From Chitinophagaceae bacterium (GTDB taxonomy: Bacteria > Bacteroidota > Bacteroidia > Chitinophagales > UBA10324), in assembly GCA_947474435.1 (NCBI GenBank), contig CANJII010000018.1:2165-66164 (forward strand): 64,000 bases of DNA, written 5' to 3'. The stretch's first letter is position 1, and the number at the start of each line of letters is the position of its first letter. Both the position numbers and the translations under genes were made by a program. The notes under the pieces were generated by a model, which worked only from the letters and a program-made list of their open reading frames with translations, searched no databases and was not told the origin of the DNA. Shown piece after piece: positions 55,108-64,000 of the stretch.

Positions 55108-56271
55108 TCAAAGCACTGGTGGCGGGAGACACGGGCGAGGAAGAGAATTAACTCTGTTTGGGTAATATTTATCTCTCACTTTTAAGAAATACATTTCAAT
55201 GGTGTAGGTCATTAACATTCCAATTGTCACACTAATTACTGATGTAAAAATCAAATTCAGAGAATAATGAAAATGAAAATTATATTTTTCTTGAATTACA
55301 AAATAATTCAGGTTTACAAACCCATGAATGATATAAATTGAATAAGAACAATAACCAATTCTACTTACTAAGTTTACCAATGGCTTTGAAAAAATTAAGT
55401 TTAACTTTCGATTAATTCCATTACTTATTAAAAAATATAATAGTAATATACTAAAGGAAATATAGAGAAAACTGAATCCAAAGGTTAAAGCAAAAAATGA
55501 GTGAGGCATATTTATAAAGGGAGTCCAGATAATGCCTGCCAATGCAGCCACAAATAATATAATCCGGTTTTTTTTTATAACACTTTTTAAATAGTTAAAT
55601 CTAAAATAATAAAGGTATGAAATTAAAACTCCGGCTAATAATGAATCAATTCTTAAATGTGTCATTGTAAAACTTCTGACAAATTGACCAGGGAAAATTA
55701 AATTATGCAAAATCCTAAGAATTAAACATAGCGTCATTACAATAAAAATAATTATTTCCATTTGACTAAAACCAGACTTGTTTGTTTCAACGCTTAATTT
55801 CAAAAAATTCTTTTTTACACCAAACCAAATAAAAAATGCAAGACCAAAATAAAAATGCTCTTCAACAGCCAGCGACCAGCTTACTGAATTTGCAAATCCT
55901 AAACCCCAAATATAATTCTGAACAAAAGTTAGTTCAGATAATACACCGCCTAAATTGAATTCATTTTAAAAAATAATTGGGATAATGTAAACTAAATAAA
56001 ACAGGTAATAAACAGGATAAATTTTAAATCCCCGCCTGATTAAAAATCGACCGGGTCGTAAGTAGCCATACTTTATGTATTCTTTAAATAAAAGTCCTGA
56101 CACTAAAAAACCGCTAAGAACAAAAAACAAATCGACGCCAATCCAACCCATAGTTATGGTATATCGAAATAAGAAAGTATGCCGAAACAATACTAAAACT
56201 ATCGCAATGCCCCTTAAAAAATCAATTTCTCTAAGTCTGTTTTGATGGATCACCATAATCTCTAAAGGCAA
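55108..56271 (-). pseudogene. Acyltransferase family 3 (OafA-like) membrane protein with one in-frame TAA
   Basis: The N-part (REIDFLRGIAIVLVLFRH...GVDLFFVLSGFL) and the rest (...SWSLAVEEHFYF...) are in one frame. They are separated only by a TAA at 55966-55968: ...YIIPIIF*NEFNLGGVLSE... Confidence 0.75.
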
Positions 56272-56344
56272 TAGTAGTTATTTTATTTAGCCGAAGTTAA
56301 TCAGCTTTTATAATGAAGCAAAGCACTGATTTATTCCTGCTAAT

Positions 56345-57797
56345 TAGTCGTCCCTCAAAAAGTGAATTTTACTTTTCGGGCAATAAAAATCCAGTAAGCA
56401 GCTATAAAAAAATTATAAATGAGTTGCCAACTTTTGATTGCCTCTCTACGCCAGAGGTTCATGACTCGTTTAAAATACATCGCAACTGCGACAAGCAGCA
56501 CATTCATTTCATCTCCGATTACTCCTTTAAAAAAATTTCTTCTCATTCGGTAATCACTTTTCAAATTCCCGATCACCGGCTCTATGGCTGCTCTTCGACC
56601 GTGGCGCTTGCGTTTTGTTTTCGTTATATTATTATCCGGCTTCGGTACGCAGATGGTGGTTTCATTAATTGCTTTAGGTTCTCGATAACCTCTGTCGACA
56701 AAAATATTTTTGTCTTTGTTTTCAGTGAGCCGTTCGTATTGTTCTATTGCCTTTGGTAATGTTTTGCTATCGTGTTCAGTACTGTTAAAATTTAATGCTC
56801 CTGCAATCACTCCTGTTGATTGAGTGATTAACAAAGATACTTAGCTACCGAATTCAAATCGTTTATGCTCCTTGCCCTTTGTGTAACACTTTACCTTGGG
56901 CTCATGCAGGCTGTAGGTTTTGTTGCTGTCGTTTCGCTTTTGTGCCAATACTTTTTTGTAAAGTGCTAATAAGTTGCTGTGTTTGTTTAACTGGTCTGCT
57001 GTTAGTTTTCGTTCCAGCTCTCTGATTAAAACACCTGCTATCGTTTTTATTTTTTTGTTTGCTTTTTTTGCTGCCGCTGCGCCGTTTTTATTTTTTTTGA
57101 ACCATTGAATGGTACTTAATTTTTTTATGGTTTGAGTATAACTTTGTCTTAGTTCAACCAACTCATTATCTGCTATGGCTCTGCATTCTTTGGTAATTTT
57201 TTATACAATATATCATCCGTTGGATAGGTGATATTTTTTTCTTGTACAGTGGTGTCTCCACTTAAATTTTCATCGTTTCCGTCTTTGCCATTTACTTTAA
57301 TGCTCTCCTTAAAAATCAACTCTACTCCTGATGTGCCTATTCTTTTTCTGAATTCTACTAATTTTGTTGGTACACAAGGTGGCTTGGCTGCAAAATAATT
57401 TTCGCCGCTGAAGTATTGATAGTAGCTGTCCTCGGCCCATTGTTCAACCACACTTTCGTCGCTTAAATTTCGAATTTGTTTTAAAATCAACAATGCGACC
57501 ATCAACCGGATAGGCTTTGCGGACTTTCCCTTGGTTGCACTGTAATGTTTTGAAAATGCTTTTTCAAATACTTTCCAGCTAATTGTATTTGATAATTTAT
57601 ACAATGGTTGATTGTGATTTAATTGTTCTTCAAATGTGCTGTAGAAACCCATTTGCGAACTGTTTTTTGTTTTTGCGAGCATTCATAAATCTGCCTCTTT
57701 TTTAACCGATCTTCCTGTTTTCCGGTATTCTTTTATCCATCACTTTTTCAACAAGTTCAATACTGTACTGCTTTACAGAGAATTTGAGGGACGACTA
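56345..57797 (-). mobile_element. Degenerate IS5-family insertion sequence (1453 bp)
   Basis: Perfect 15-bp terminal inverted repeats: tagtcgtccctcaaa at 56345-56359 and tttgagggacgacta at 57783-57797. They enclose a three-piece transposase. Confidence 0.85.
56355..57682 (-). pseudogene. IS5-family DDE transposase, disrupted by one frameshift and one nonsense codon
   Basis: N-terminal DUF772-like region (PIRLMVALLILKQIRNLSDE), then KGKEHKRFEFGS*VSLL, DRGY and AAIEPVIGNLK motifs. The frame changes at the T6 run 57197-57202. There is an in-frame TAA at 56841-56843. Confidence 0.85.
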
Positions 57798-57907
57798 CTT
57801 AACCCCTAACGAAGTGCTACGAAAAAAAATTGCACTTATCACTTGAACTTACACTTTAATAAAAAATAAATGTTTTTATAAATTGATTTAATTTGTAGCA
57901 GAAGAAA

Positions 57908-59110
57908 ATGGCAAGGGTTCTACACATTATTAATCGATTGAATTTAGGAGGACCAACAAATATTGTTGCATTTCTAACCCGGTATTTAAAACCTGAGTTT
58001 GAAACACAACTGATTTCAGGAATGATAGATGAAAGCGAAGAAAGCTCTGAATTCATTGTACGCGAACATGGTTTAGAACCCATTTATATTCCTGAAATGT
58101 ACAGAGATATAAATCTGATTCAAGACCGAAAAGCATATAAAAAAATAAAGAAAATAATACAGGAATTCAAACCCGATATTGTACATACACATGCCGCAAA
58201 GGCTGGAACATTAGGTCGCTTAGCAGCAATAAATTGCAAGGTACCGGTCATTCTTCACACATTTCATGGTCATGTTTTCCACTCCTATTTTGGAAAACTA
58301 AAAACAAGAATGTTTTTAGAAATTGAAAGATATCTGGCAGCAAGAACCGGTAGAATTATTGCTATAAGTGAAAGGCAGAAAAAAGAACTTGGACTAATTT
58401 TTAAAGTTGCTCCTTTAAGTAAAATTGAAGTTATACCACTGGGTTTTGATCTTGATCCTTTCCAACACAATCAAAAGGAAAAACGAACTCAGTTTCGCAA
58501 TCATTTTATGATTGAAAATGATGAAATTGTTGTTTCAATTATCGGTCGATTAGTGCCGATAAAAAATCATAAATTATTTATAGATGCGATGAAAATTGTA
58601 TTTGAAAATACAAAAAAAAGAGTCCGCGCATTTATTATTGGTGATGGTGAAGAACGCTCAAATATTGAGAGTTATATTGTAGCAAACGGACTTGACTATG
58701 TAATGTTTAATCAAGAACAACGGAAAGCTCAATTTACATTCACCTCCTGGAGAAAAGATATCGATTGTGTTATAGCAGGCTCTGATATTATAGCCCTTTG
58801 TTCATTCAACGAAGGAACACCTGTAAGTTTAATAGAAGCGCAGGCTGCCAATAAGCCGGTCGTAACAACTCGTGTTGGAGGAATTACTGATGTGGTTATT
58901 CCAGGACAAACTGCTTTAATATCATCAAAAAAAAGCATTTCTAATTTTGCCAGAAATCTTTTTATGCTAATTGAGGATGATGAACGAAGAAAAATAATGG
59001 GTGATAAAGGACATGATTTTGTTTCTTCAAAATTCAGTTACCCCAGGTTAATAAAAGACACTTCCGATCTTTATAATAAACTATTAAAAGAGCATCAAAA
59101 ATTTCGATAA
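57908..59110 (+). CDS. Glycosyltransferase family 4
   Basis: 400 aa. RLNLGGPTNIV N-terminus and the EGTPVSLIEAQAANKPVVTTRVGGITDVV E-x7-E region. Confidence 0.88.
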   Translation: MARVLHIINRLNLGGPTNIVAFLTRYLKPEFETQLISGMIDESEESSEFIVREHGLEPIYIPEMYRDINLIQDRKAYKKIKKIIQEFKPDIVHTHAAKAGTLGRLAAINCKVPVILHTFHGHVFHSYFGKLKTRMFLEIERYLAARTGRIIAISERQKKELGLIFKVAPLSKIEVIPLGFDLDPFQHNQKEKRTQFRNHFMIENDEIVVSIIGRLVPIKNHKLFIDAMKIVFENTKKRVRAFIIGDGEERSNIESYIVANGLDYVMFNQEQRKAQFTFTSWRKDIDCVIAGSDIIALCSFNEGTPVSLIEAQAANKPVVTTRVGGITDVVIPGQTALISSKKSISNFARNLFMLIEDDERRKIMGDKGHDFVSSKFSYPRLIKDTSDLYNKLLKEHQKFR

Positions 59111-59121
59111 CAATCTTACAT

Positions 59122-59904
59122 TTGTCTCCTTACAAAAAAATTCAATTGAGTTCGAAACCAATCAAATTTGTATTTACTATTTTATGTTTTTTCGGTATTT
59201 TAACAATTTCATCTTGTAAGATATTTTATCCTGATTTAATGTTTAAAACCGATAAGTTTTATCAATACACTCCTTCTGATACCCTTTCATTAAACAAAGA
59301 ATATGTTTTAAAAGCAAATGATATATTAGAAGTACAAATTTTATCAAACAACGGATATCAGCTGGTTGATGTATTGGGGCAAGGTGGTAATTACAATCCG
59401 GTAAATTATACCATTCACAATGAGGGATTTGCCATACTACCCATGCTTGACTCTGTTTATTTTGCAGGTTACACAATTACAGGTGCTGAAAATTTGTTGA
59501 GTGAAAGATATTCCTATTATTTCGTAAATCCGTATATAAAAATTAAAGTAACAAATCGACGATGTATTGTTTATGTTGGAAGAGGAAATGGTTCAGTCAT
59601 AAGCTTAGACAATGAAAGCATGTCATTAATTGAAGTACTTGCTTTAGCTGGTGGAGTAACTTCAAGTAAAGCCTTCAAAATAAAAATTATCAGGGGTGAT
59701 ACACACAATCCACAAATATATTTAATTGACTTATCAACTATTGAAGGAATGAAAAAAGCCAACCTGCAAATTGCAGCAAATGATATTATTTATGTTGAAC
59801 CATCACTTTCGTTCAATGATATCAATCAACAAATAATTCCATTTGTTTCCTTTTTAACAACAGTAGTTTTGGTTTATAGTACTATCTTATCCTTAAAAAA
59901 ATAA
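59122..59904 (+). CDS. Polysaccharide export outer-membrane lipoprotein (Wza-like, Poly_export plus SLBB)
   Basis: 260 aa. TTG start and lipobox ISSC. YVLKANDILEVQI and SLIEVLALAGGVTSSKAFKIKIIRG. Confidence 0.8.
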   Translation: MSPYKKIQLSSKPIKFVFTILCFFGILTISSCKIFYPDLMFKTDKFYQYTPSDTLSLNKEYVLKANDILEVQILSNNGYQLVDVLGQGGNYNPVNYTIHNEGFAILPMLDSVYFAGYTITGAENLLSERYSYYFVNPYIKIKVTNRRCIVYVGRGNGSVISLDNESMSLIEVLALAGGVTSSKAFKIKIIRGDTHNPQIYLIDLSTIEGMKKANLQIAANDIIYVEPSLSFNDINQQIIPFVSFLTTVVLVYSTILSLKK

Positions 59905-62363
59905 TGCTCGAAAAAAAAATCATATTAAGCCCGATGCAAAAAATCCTTGGAGAGGATTTTAATCCGGGACTATTAATGATCATCGCGCGAAAAAGTTTGA
60001 TTTGGTGTATTTTAATTATATTATTAACAACATCAACTTCAATATTATATCTCAGATACACCACTCCATTATATGAAGTGAATGCTCAGATCTTAATTAA
60101 GCAGGTTAATACTTCCAGTTCTTTAGGTATAAACTCAGGATTGTCATCTGCTGAAATGATGGATCAAAATGAACTGCAGAAAAACATTCAGATTATGAAA
60201 TCGAATGTGATATTAGACAGAGTTATTGATCAGCTTCCATTATCAATTAGCTATTATAACATTGGACAAGTTCTAACCGAAGAACGATATAAAACTTCAC
60301 CATTTGAAATTATTCCTCAGATAACTGACCCTTCAGCTTATGATATGCCCATTTATTTTACATTTAAATCCGCTCATGATTTTGAAATTGAATATCGGTT
60401 TTTAAAAACAAAATATTTTTTCAAAGGTAAATTCAATCAAAAAACAACTACCCCGCATTTTAATTTTGTAGCAAAATTAACTGCGCCGGATTTTAAAAAA
60501 ACAGCCGGTGTTTATCTGGAAAGCAATTATTACTTTGTAATTAATAGCAGAGATAATTTAATAAATCAAATCAGAAGTAAGTTGCGGATCGAAATTTTTC
60601 CTCCAACTATTCAATGTAATATTCAAAACCCAGTTGCACAAAAAGGAGTGGATATTGTTAATTATATTAACGATGAATTTATAAAATATAACAAAGAAAA
60701 AAAGACTGAAAGTTCTTCTTTAATAATAGATTTCATTAACACACAAATAGATTTATTAAATGCAGAATTGCAAGCGTATGAAAATCAGATTAAAGCATTC
60801 AAAATAGAACATAATTTAATAAGTACCGTTTCAAAAGAACAAGAAATTCTTGTGGCATTAAAAAACATTGCCAATGTTGAATCTGATTTAAATTTAGATG
60901 AAAAAAACCTGAAATATTATCTTAATTATTTTCTTCTCAATAAAGATTCATCTAAACTTTTATTGGGAATTGTTGATGCAAAATATGTTGGATTGCAGAA
61001 TTATGTAATAGCGCTCGATAAACTGCAGTCAGATAAACGAGAAAAATTACTCAAACTAAAACCAGCAAATCCGCAGATAATAAATATTGATAAACAAATT
61101 GCCGAGGTAAAATCAAATATTATTCAAAACATTAATAATTCTCAGGAAAATATTAACGAAGCACGCAAAGAATTAACTCAATCATATAATAAATACTTGG
61201 CTGAGTTTAAAGAATTTCCGGATTTGGAAGCTGAATTTCAGAAATTATATAATTTAAGCACTTTAAAAGAGAAATATTATTTAATGTTTCTTGATAAAAA
61301 ATCAAGCTATACTATTTCTTTAGCAGGGTTTGTATCAGATTTTGTAGTTTTAAAACGAGCTGAAGTTCCAAGAAATCCGGTTTTTCCAAATGTGCCGTTA
61401 ATTAAAACAATTGGAATTTTATCCGGAATAATTTTTAGTCTGTTTTTCATATTTATCAGGTATTTATTAAGTAATAAAATTCTCTCAATTTCTGAAATAG
61501 ATAAGTTTTGCAATGCAGGTTTAGTGGGAATTATTCCGATTTACAGAAAACCGATGGATGTTTCTCAATTGGTTGTGAATATGAATCCAAAATCAGTAAT
61601 ATCAGAATCTTTCAGAAGTATCAGAACCAATCTTGACTATATTTATTCGGGCGTAGGAACTAAAATAATTACAGCTACCTCTACCATAGCAGGAGAAGGA
61701 AAAACATTTATTGCTGTAAATATTGCTGGTATATTTTCAGTTGGAGGAAAAAAAACAATTATTCTTGACTTTGATCTTCGCAAACCAAGAATTCATAAAG
61801 CATTTGCAACTGAAAATAATAAAGGCCTTAGCACAATTTTAATAGGAAAATATAAATTAGATGAATGTATAAAGCATTCTGAATGGGACAATCTTGATTT
61901 CATAACATCAGGTCCGGTTCCACCCAATCCGGCTGAATTTATTATGTCGCAAAAAACAACCGATCTTATTGAAGAATTAAAATTAAGATATGACATTATA
62001 GTTATTGACACTCCACCTATTGGTGTTGTAACAGACGCTTTGGAATTATTGAAAAAAGCTGATTATCCATTGTATGTTGTTAGAGCCGATTATTCAAGTC
62101 GTAATTTTTTAAACAATGCGAACCGTTTGGTAACCGAAAACCAAATATCACGCCTCTCCATTGTCTTGAACAGTATGGGATCCGGAGCTTCTGGTTATTC
62201 TTATAATTATGGATATGGGTATGGATATGGGTATGGATATGGATCAGGATATGGTGGATATGGCGGGGGCGGAAGTTATGGATATGGATATTATTCAGAT
62301 GCTGCTGCACCTAAACTTTCGAGATGGAAAGGTGTTGTAAAATTTATTAAAGATAAATTTTGA
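59904..62363 (+). CDS. Polysaccharide co-polymerase / tyrosine autokinase (Wzc/GumC-like)
   Basis: 819 aa. Wzz-like N-domain with two TM helices and a coiled-coil. Walker A STIAGEGKTF, DTPPIG, and a C-terminal Tyr/Gly cluster. Its start overlaps the Wza-like stop (TAATG). Confidence 0.88.
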   Translation: MLEKKIILSPMQKILGEDFNPGLLMIIARKSLIWCILIILLTTSTSILYLRYTTPLYEVNAQILIKQVNTSSSLGINSGLSSAEMMDQNELQKNIQIMKSNVILDRVIDQLPLSISYYNIGQVLTEERYKTSPFEIIPQITDPSAYDMPIYFTFKSAHDFEIEYRFLKTKYFFKGKFNQKTTTPHFNFVAKLTAPDFKKTAGVYLESNYYFVINSRDNLINQIRSKLRIEIFPPTIQCNIQNPVAQKGVDIVNYINDEFIKYNKEKKTESSSLIIDFINTQIDLLNAELQAYENQIKAFKIEHNLISTVSKEQEILVALKNIANVESDLNLDEKNLKYYLNYFLLNKDSSKLLLGIVDAKYVGLQNYVIALDKLQSDKREKLLKLKPANPQIINIDKQIAEVKSNIIQNINNSQENINEARKELTQSYNKYLAEFKEFPDLEAEFQKLYNLSTLKEKYYLMFLDKKSSYTISLAGFVSDFVVLKRAEVPRNPVFPNVPLIKTIGILSGIIFSLFFIFIRYLLSNKILSISEIDKFCNAGLVGIIPIYRKPMDVSQLVVNMNPKSVISESFRSIRTNLDYIYSGVGTKIITATSTIAGEGKTFIAVNIAGIFSVGGKKTIILDFDLRKPRIHKAFATENNKGLSTILIGKYKLDECIKHSEWDNLDFITSGPVPPNPAEFIMSQKTTDLIEELKLRYDIIVIDTPPIGVVTDALELLKKADYPLYVVRADYSSRNFLNNANRLVTENQISRLSIVLNSMGSGASGYSYNYGYGYGYGYGYGSGYGGYGGGGSYGYGYYSDAAAPKLSRWKGVVKFIKDKF
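62208..62243 (+). repeat. Hexanucleotide microsatellite (TATGGR)x6 encoding (YG)n in the kinase tail
   Basis: tatgga tatggg tatgga tatggg tatgga tatgga read directly. The wider Y/G-rich tract spans 62193-62295. Confidence 0.9.
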
Positions 62364-62365
62364 AT

Positions 62366-63487
62366 ATGATACACGATGACTTTACCATTTACCTTGTTTA
62401 TATTATTTTTTTTATTCTGTCAATAGTCTTTTCTGTTTTAATAAATGGATTGTTTTTAAGGTTTTCAAGAACACTGGGTATTCGACAAGTTGAATCTCAA
62501 AATATTATACGATGGGCATCAACCACTAAACCCTCTGTTGGTGGTTTTTCATTTTACATAGTTTTCTTATTTTCTTTTACAGCCTACACATTTATTTCTT
62601 TTGACACTAACGATATTTTCAATAAACAATTAATTGGTTTATTGCTTTCTTCCTCGCTTGGTTTTTTAATAGGTTTGGCTGATGATGCCTATAACACTAA
62701 TCCTATTTTGAAATTTTTGGGGCAATTGATTTGTGCTGTTATTCTGATAATTTCAGGTCTTATTATAAACATTACTGATTACTATGCTATCAATGCACTA
62801 TTCACCATCTTTTGGGTTATTGGAATAATGAATTCAATAAACATGCTTGATAATATGGATGGAATAACAGCCACAATTTCCGGAATTATTTTACTTTCCT
62901 GTTTAGGTATTCAAATCATTCAAGGAAATTTTTACTCCATTTATTCTTTTATTATTATTGGTGTAATTGGTGCTTTAGGTGGATTTATGGTTTTCAATTT
63001 TAATCCGGCTAAACTTTATATGGGCGATACTGGAAGTCAGTTTTTGGGCGTATTACTTTCAGGAATAACAATTTTAATTCTCTGGGGATTTCGTGATGTG
63101 CCCGGACCCGTTTTTCAATTTAAACAATTTTTGTTTCCGATTCTAGTTTTTAGTGTTCCTATTATTGATACAACTACAGTTACATTTCGTCGGATTGTCA
63201 GTGGCAAGTCTCCATTTATAGGAGGAAAGGATCATACAACTCATCATCTGGCTTATCTTGGATTAAATGACCGACAAGTGTTGCTTGTTCTTTCTCTGAT
63301 TTCTGTGATATCTTCAGCAATAGCCTGCGGGTTAATTTATTGGTATGAGTTTCTTGAATCGCCAATTACGCTGGTGTTTTTTGTTTACTTTATTATTTTA
63401 CTATCTGCAATGCAGTACCTTTATGAATTAGGAAAAAAGAAAAAAAAAACATCATTAACAAAAAATAAATCAGTAAAAATTGCCTGA
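62366..63487 (+). CDS. Polyprenyl-phosphate sugar-1-phosphate transferase of the MraY/WecA family (initiating transferase)
   Basis: About 11 TM helices. GLADD, NSINMLDNMDG and MGDTGSQFLG motifs. Start is the ATG at 62366. Confidence 0.85.
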   Translation: MIHDDFTIYLVYIIFFILSIVFSVLINGLFLRFSRTLGIRQVESQNIIRWASTTKPSVGGFSFYIVFLFSFTAYTFISFDTNDIFNKQLIGLLLSSSLGFLIGLADDAYNTNPILKFLGQLICAVILIISGLIINITDYYAINALFTIFWVIGIMNSINMLDNMDGITATISGIILLSCLGIQIIQGNFYSIYSFIIIGVIGALGGFMVFNFNPAKLYMGDTGSQFLGVLLSGITILILWGFRDVPGPVFQFKQFLFPILVFSVPIIDTTTVTFRRIVSGKSPFIGGKDHTTHHLAYLGLNDRQVLLVLSLISVISSAIACGLIYWYEFLESPITLVFFVYFIILLSAMQYLYELGKKKKKTSLTKNKSVKIA

Positions 63488-63848
63488 AGTATTTTTTGTT
63501 TTTTTAGGTGGAGGTATTGGAAGTTTGTTAAGATATTTTATGAGTAAAATTTTTTCGTCGATAATACCATTATTTCCATTCGCAACTTTGGTATCAAACA
63601 TTAGCGGAGCATTTATTCTTGGATTTGTTTTTGTTTTTTATTCTTCAAAATTTTTATCAGGCAATTCTTATTTATTTTTTGCTGTTGGAATTTGTGGTGG
63701 CTTCAGCACCTTTTCAACTTTCACTTTAGATAGCTTACAACTGTTTCAACAAGGAAACATATCAGGGGGAGTTTTAAATATTATTTTGAATTTAGTTTGC
63801 TGCTTCGTTTCAATTATAACCGGAATGTTTGTAGCAAAGCTCTTTTGA
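63480..63848 (+). CDS. crcB: Fluoride ion channel CrcB/FluC
   Basis: 122 aa. LGGGIGSLLRY and GICGGFSTFSTF motifs with four TM helices. TTG start that overlaps the preceding gene by 8 nt. Confidence 0.88.
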   Translation: MPEVFFVFLGGGIGSLLRYFMSKIFSSIIPLFPFATLVSNISGAFILGFVFVFYSSKFLSGNSYLFFAVGICGGFSTFSTFTLDSLQLFQQGNISGGVLNIILNLVCCFVSIITGMFVAKLF

Positions 63849-64000
63849 AAAACAGAGTTTGATTATATTTTGAATTATGCTATGAAAGTTTTTTAAATAT
63901 TATTTTTTCAACTTGCTTCTTTCATTTATTCAATCTGCTAATTTCCCAATCGCTTTAAACCTCTCGAAAACTTTTAGCGTATGAGGTGCCTGTTCTAATT

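Noticed and set aside
56313-56759. 148-aa plus-strand ORF
   Set aside because: It is antisense to the DDE domain of the IS5-family transposase and has no recognisable features.
62193-62295. The Gly/Tyr tail as a separate small gene or frameshifted sequence
   Set aside because: It is continuous with the kinase ORF, and Tyr-rich tails are expected for BY-kinases.

Overview
This is an AT-rich chromosomal segment that looks like Bacteroidota. The evidence is type IX secretion (T9SS) C-terminal sorting domains, TAnnTT(T/C)G -7 promoter boxes, no obvious Shine-Dalgarno sites, and Gln after nearly every signal peptide. About half of the 64 kb encodes 11 secreted or cell-surface proteins. Six carry a type-A T9SS C-terminal domain (CTD): an arylsulfotransferase-like protein, a 168-aa protein, a 2097-aa and a 1010-aa giant, a PAD/agmatine-deiminase-like enzyme and a beta-propeller protein. 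Three giants of 1620, 1048 and 1661 aa carry the type-B gliding-motility CTD. Two fibre-like repeat proteins of 857 and 906 aa have no recognisable CTD. Housekeeping genes lie between them: an ftsB-like gene, glyQS, gmk, apaG, metF, an MqnC/MqnE-type radical SAM gene, an M16 peptidase, a mutL-rhomboid-rhomboid-EEP operon, and an ABC exporter coupled to an M28/glutaminyl-cyclase-like lipoprotein. The 3' end holds a polysaccharide-export locus (GT4, Wza-like, Wzc-like, WecA-like, crcB). Next to it is a gene-decay patch with a 5'-truncated acpH, an acyltransferase-3 gene carrying an in-frame TAA, and a degenerate IS5-family element with 15-bp inverted repeats. I saw no rRNA, tRNA or CRISPR array by eye. 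The most unusual items are: (1) a PIN toxin-antitoxin cassette bracketed exactly by 77-nt direct repeats; (2) a three-gene operon of CTD-less fibre-like proteins around a minimal CTD protein, with a 228-bp VNTR-like coding repeat; (3) convergent and tandem giant T9SS paralogs with no adjacent PorP/SprF partner; (4) an in-frame TGA at a conserved Trp of an M90 peptidase, and an A9 tract that uncouples a signal peptide from its cargo. I found no clear multi-gene system of an unknown type. All functional calls rest on motif recognition by eye, not on database searches.
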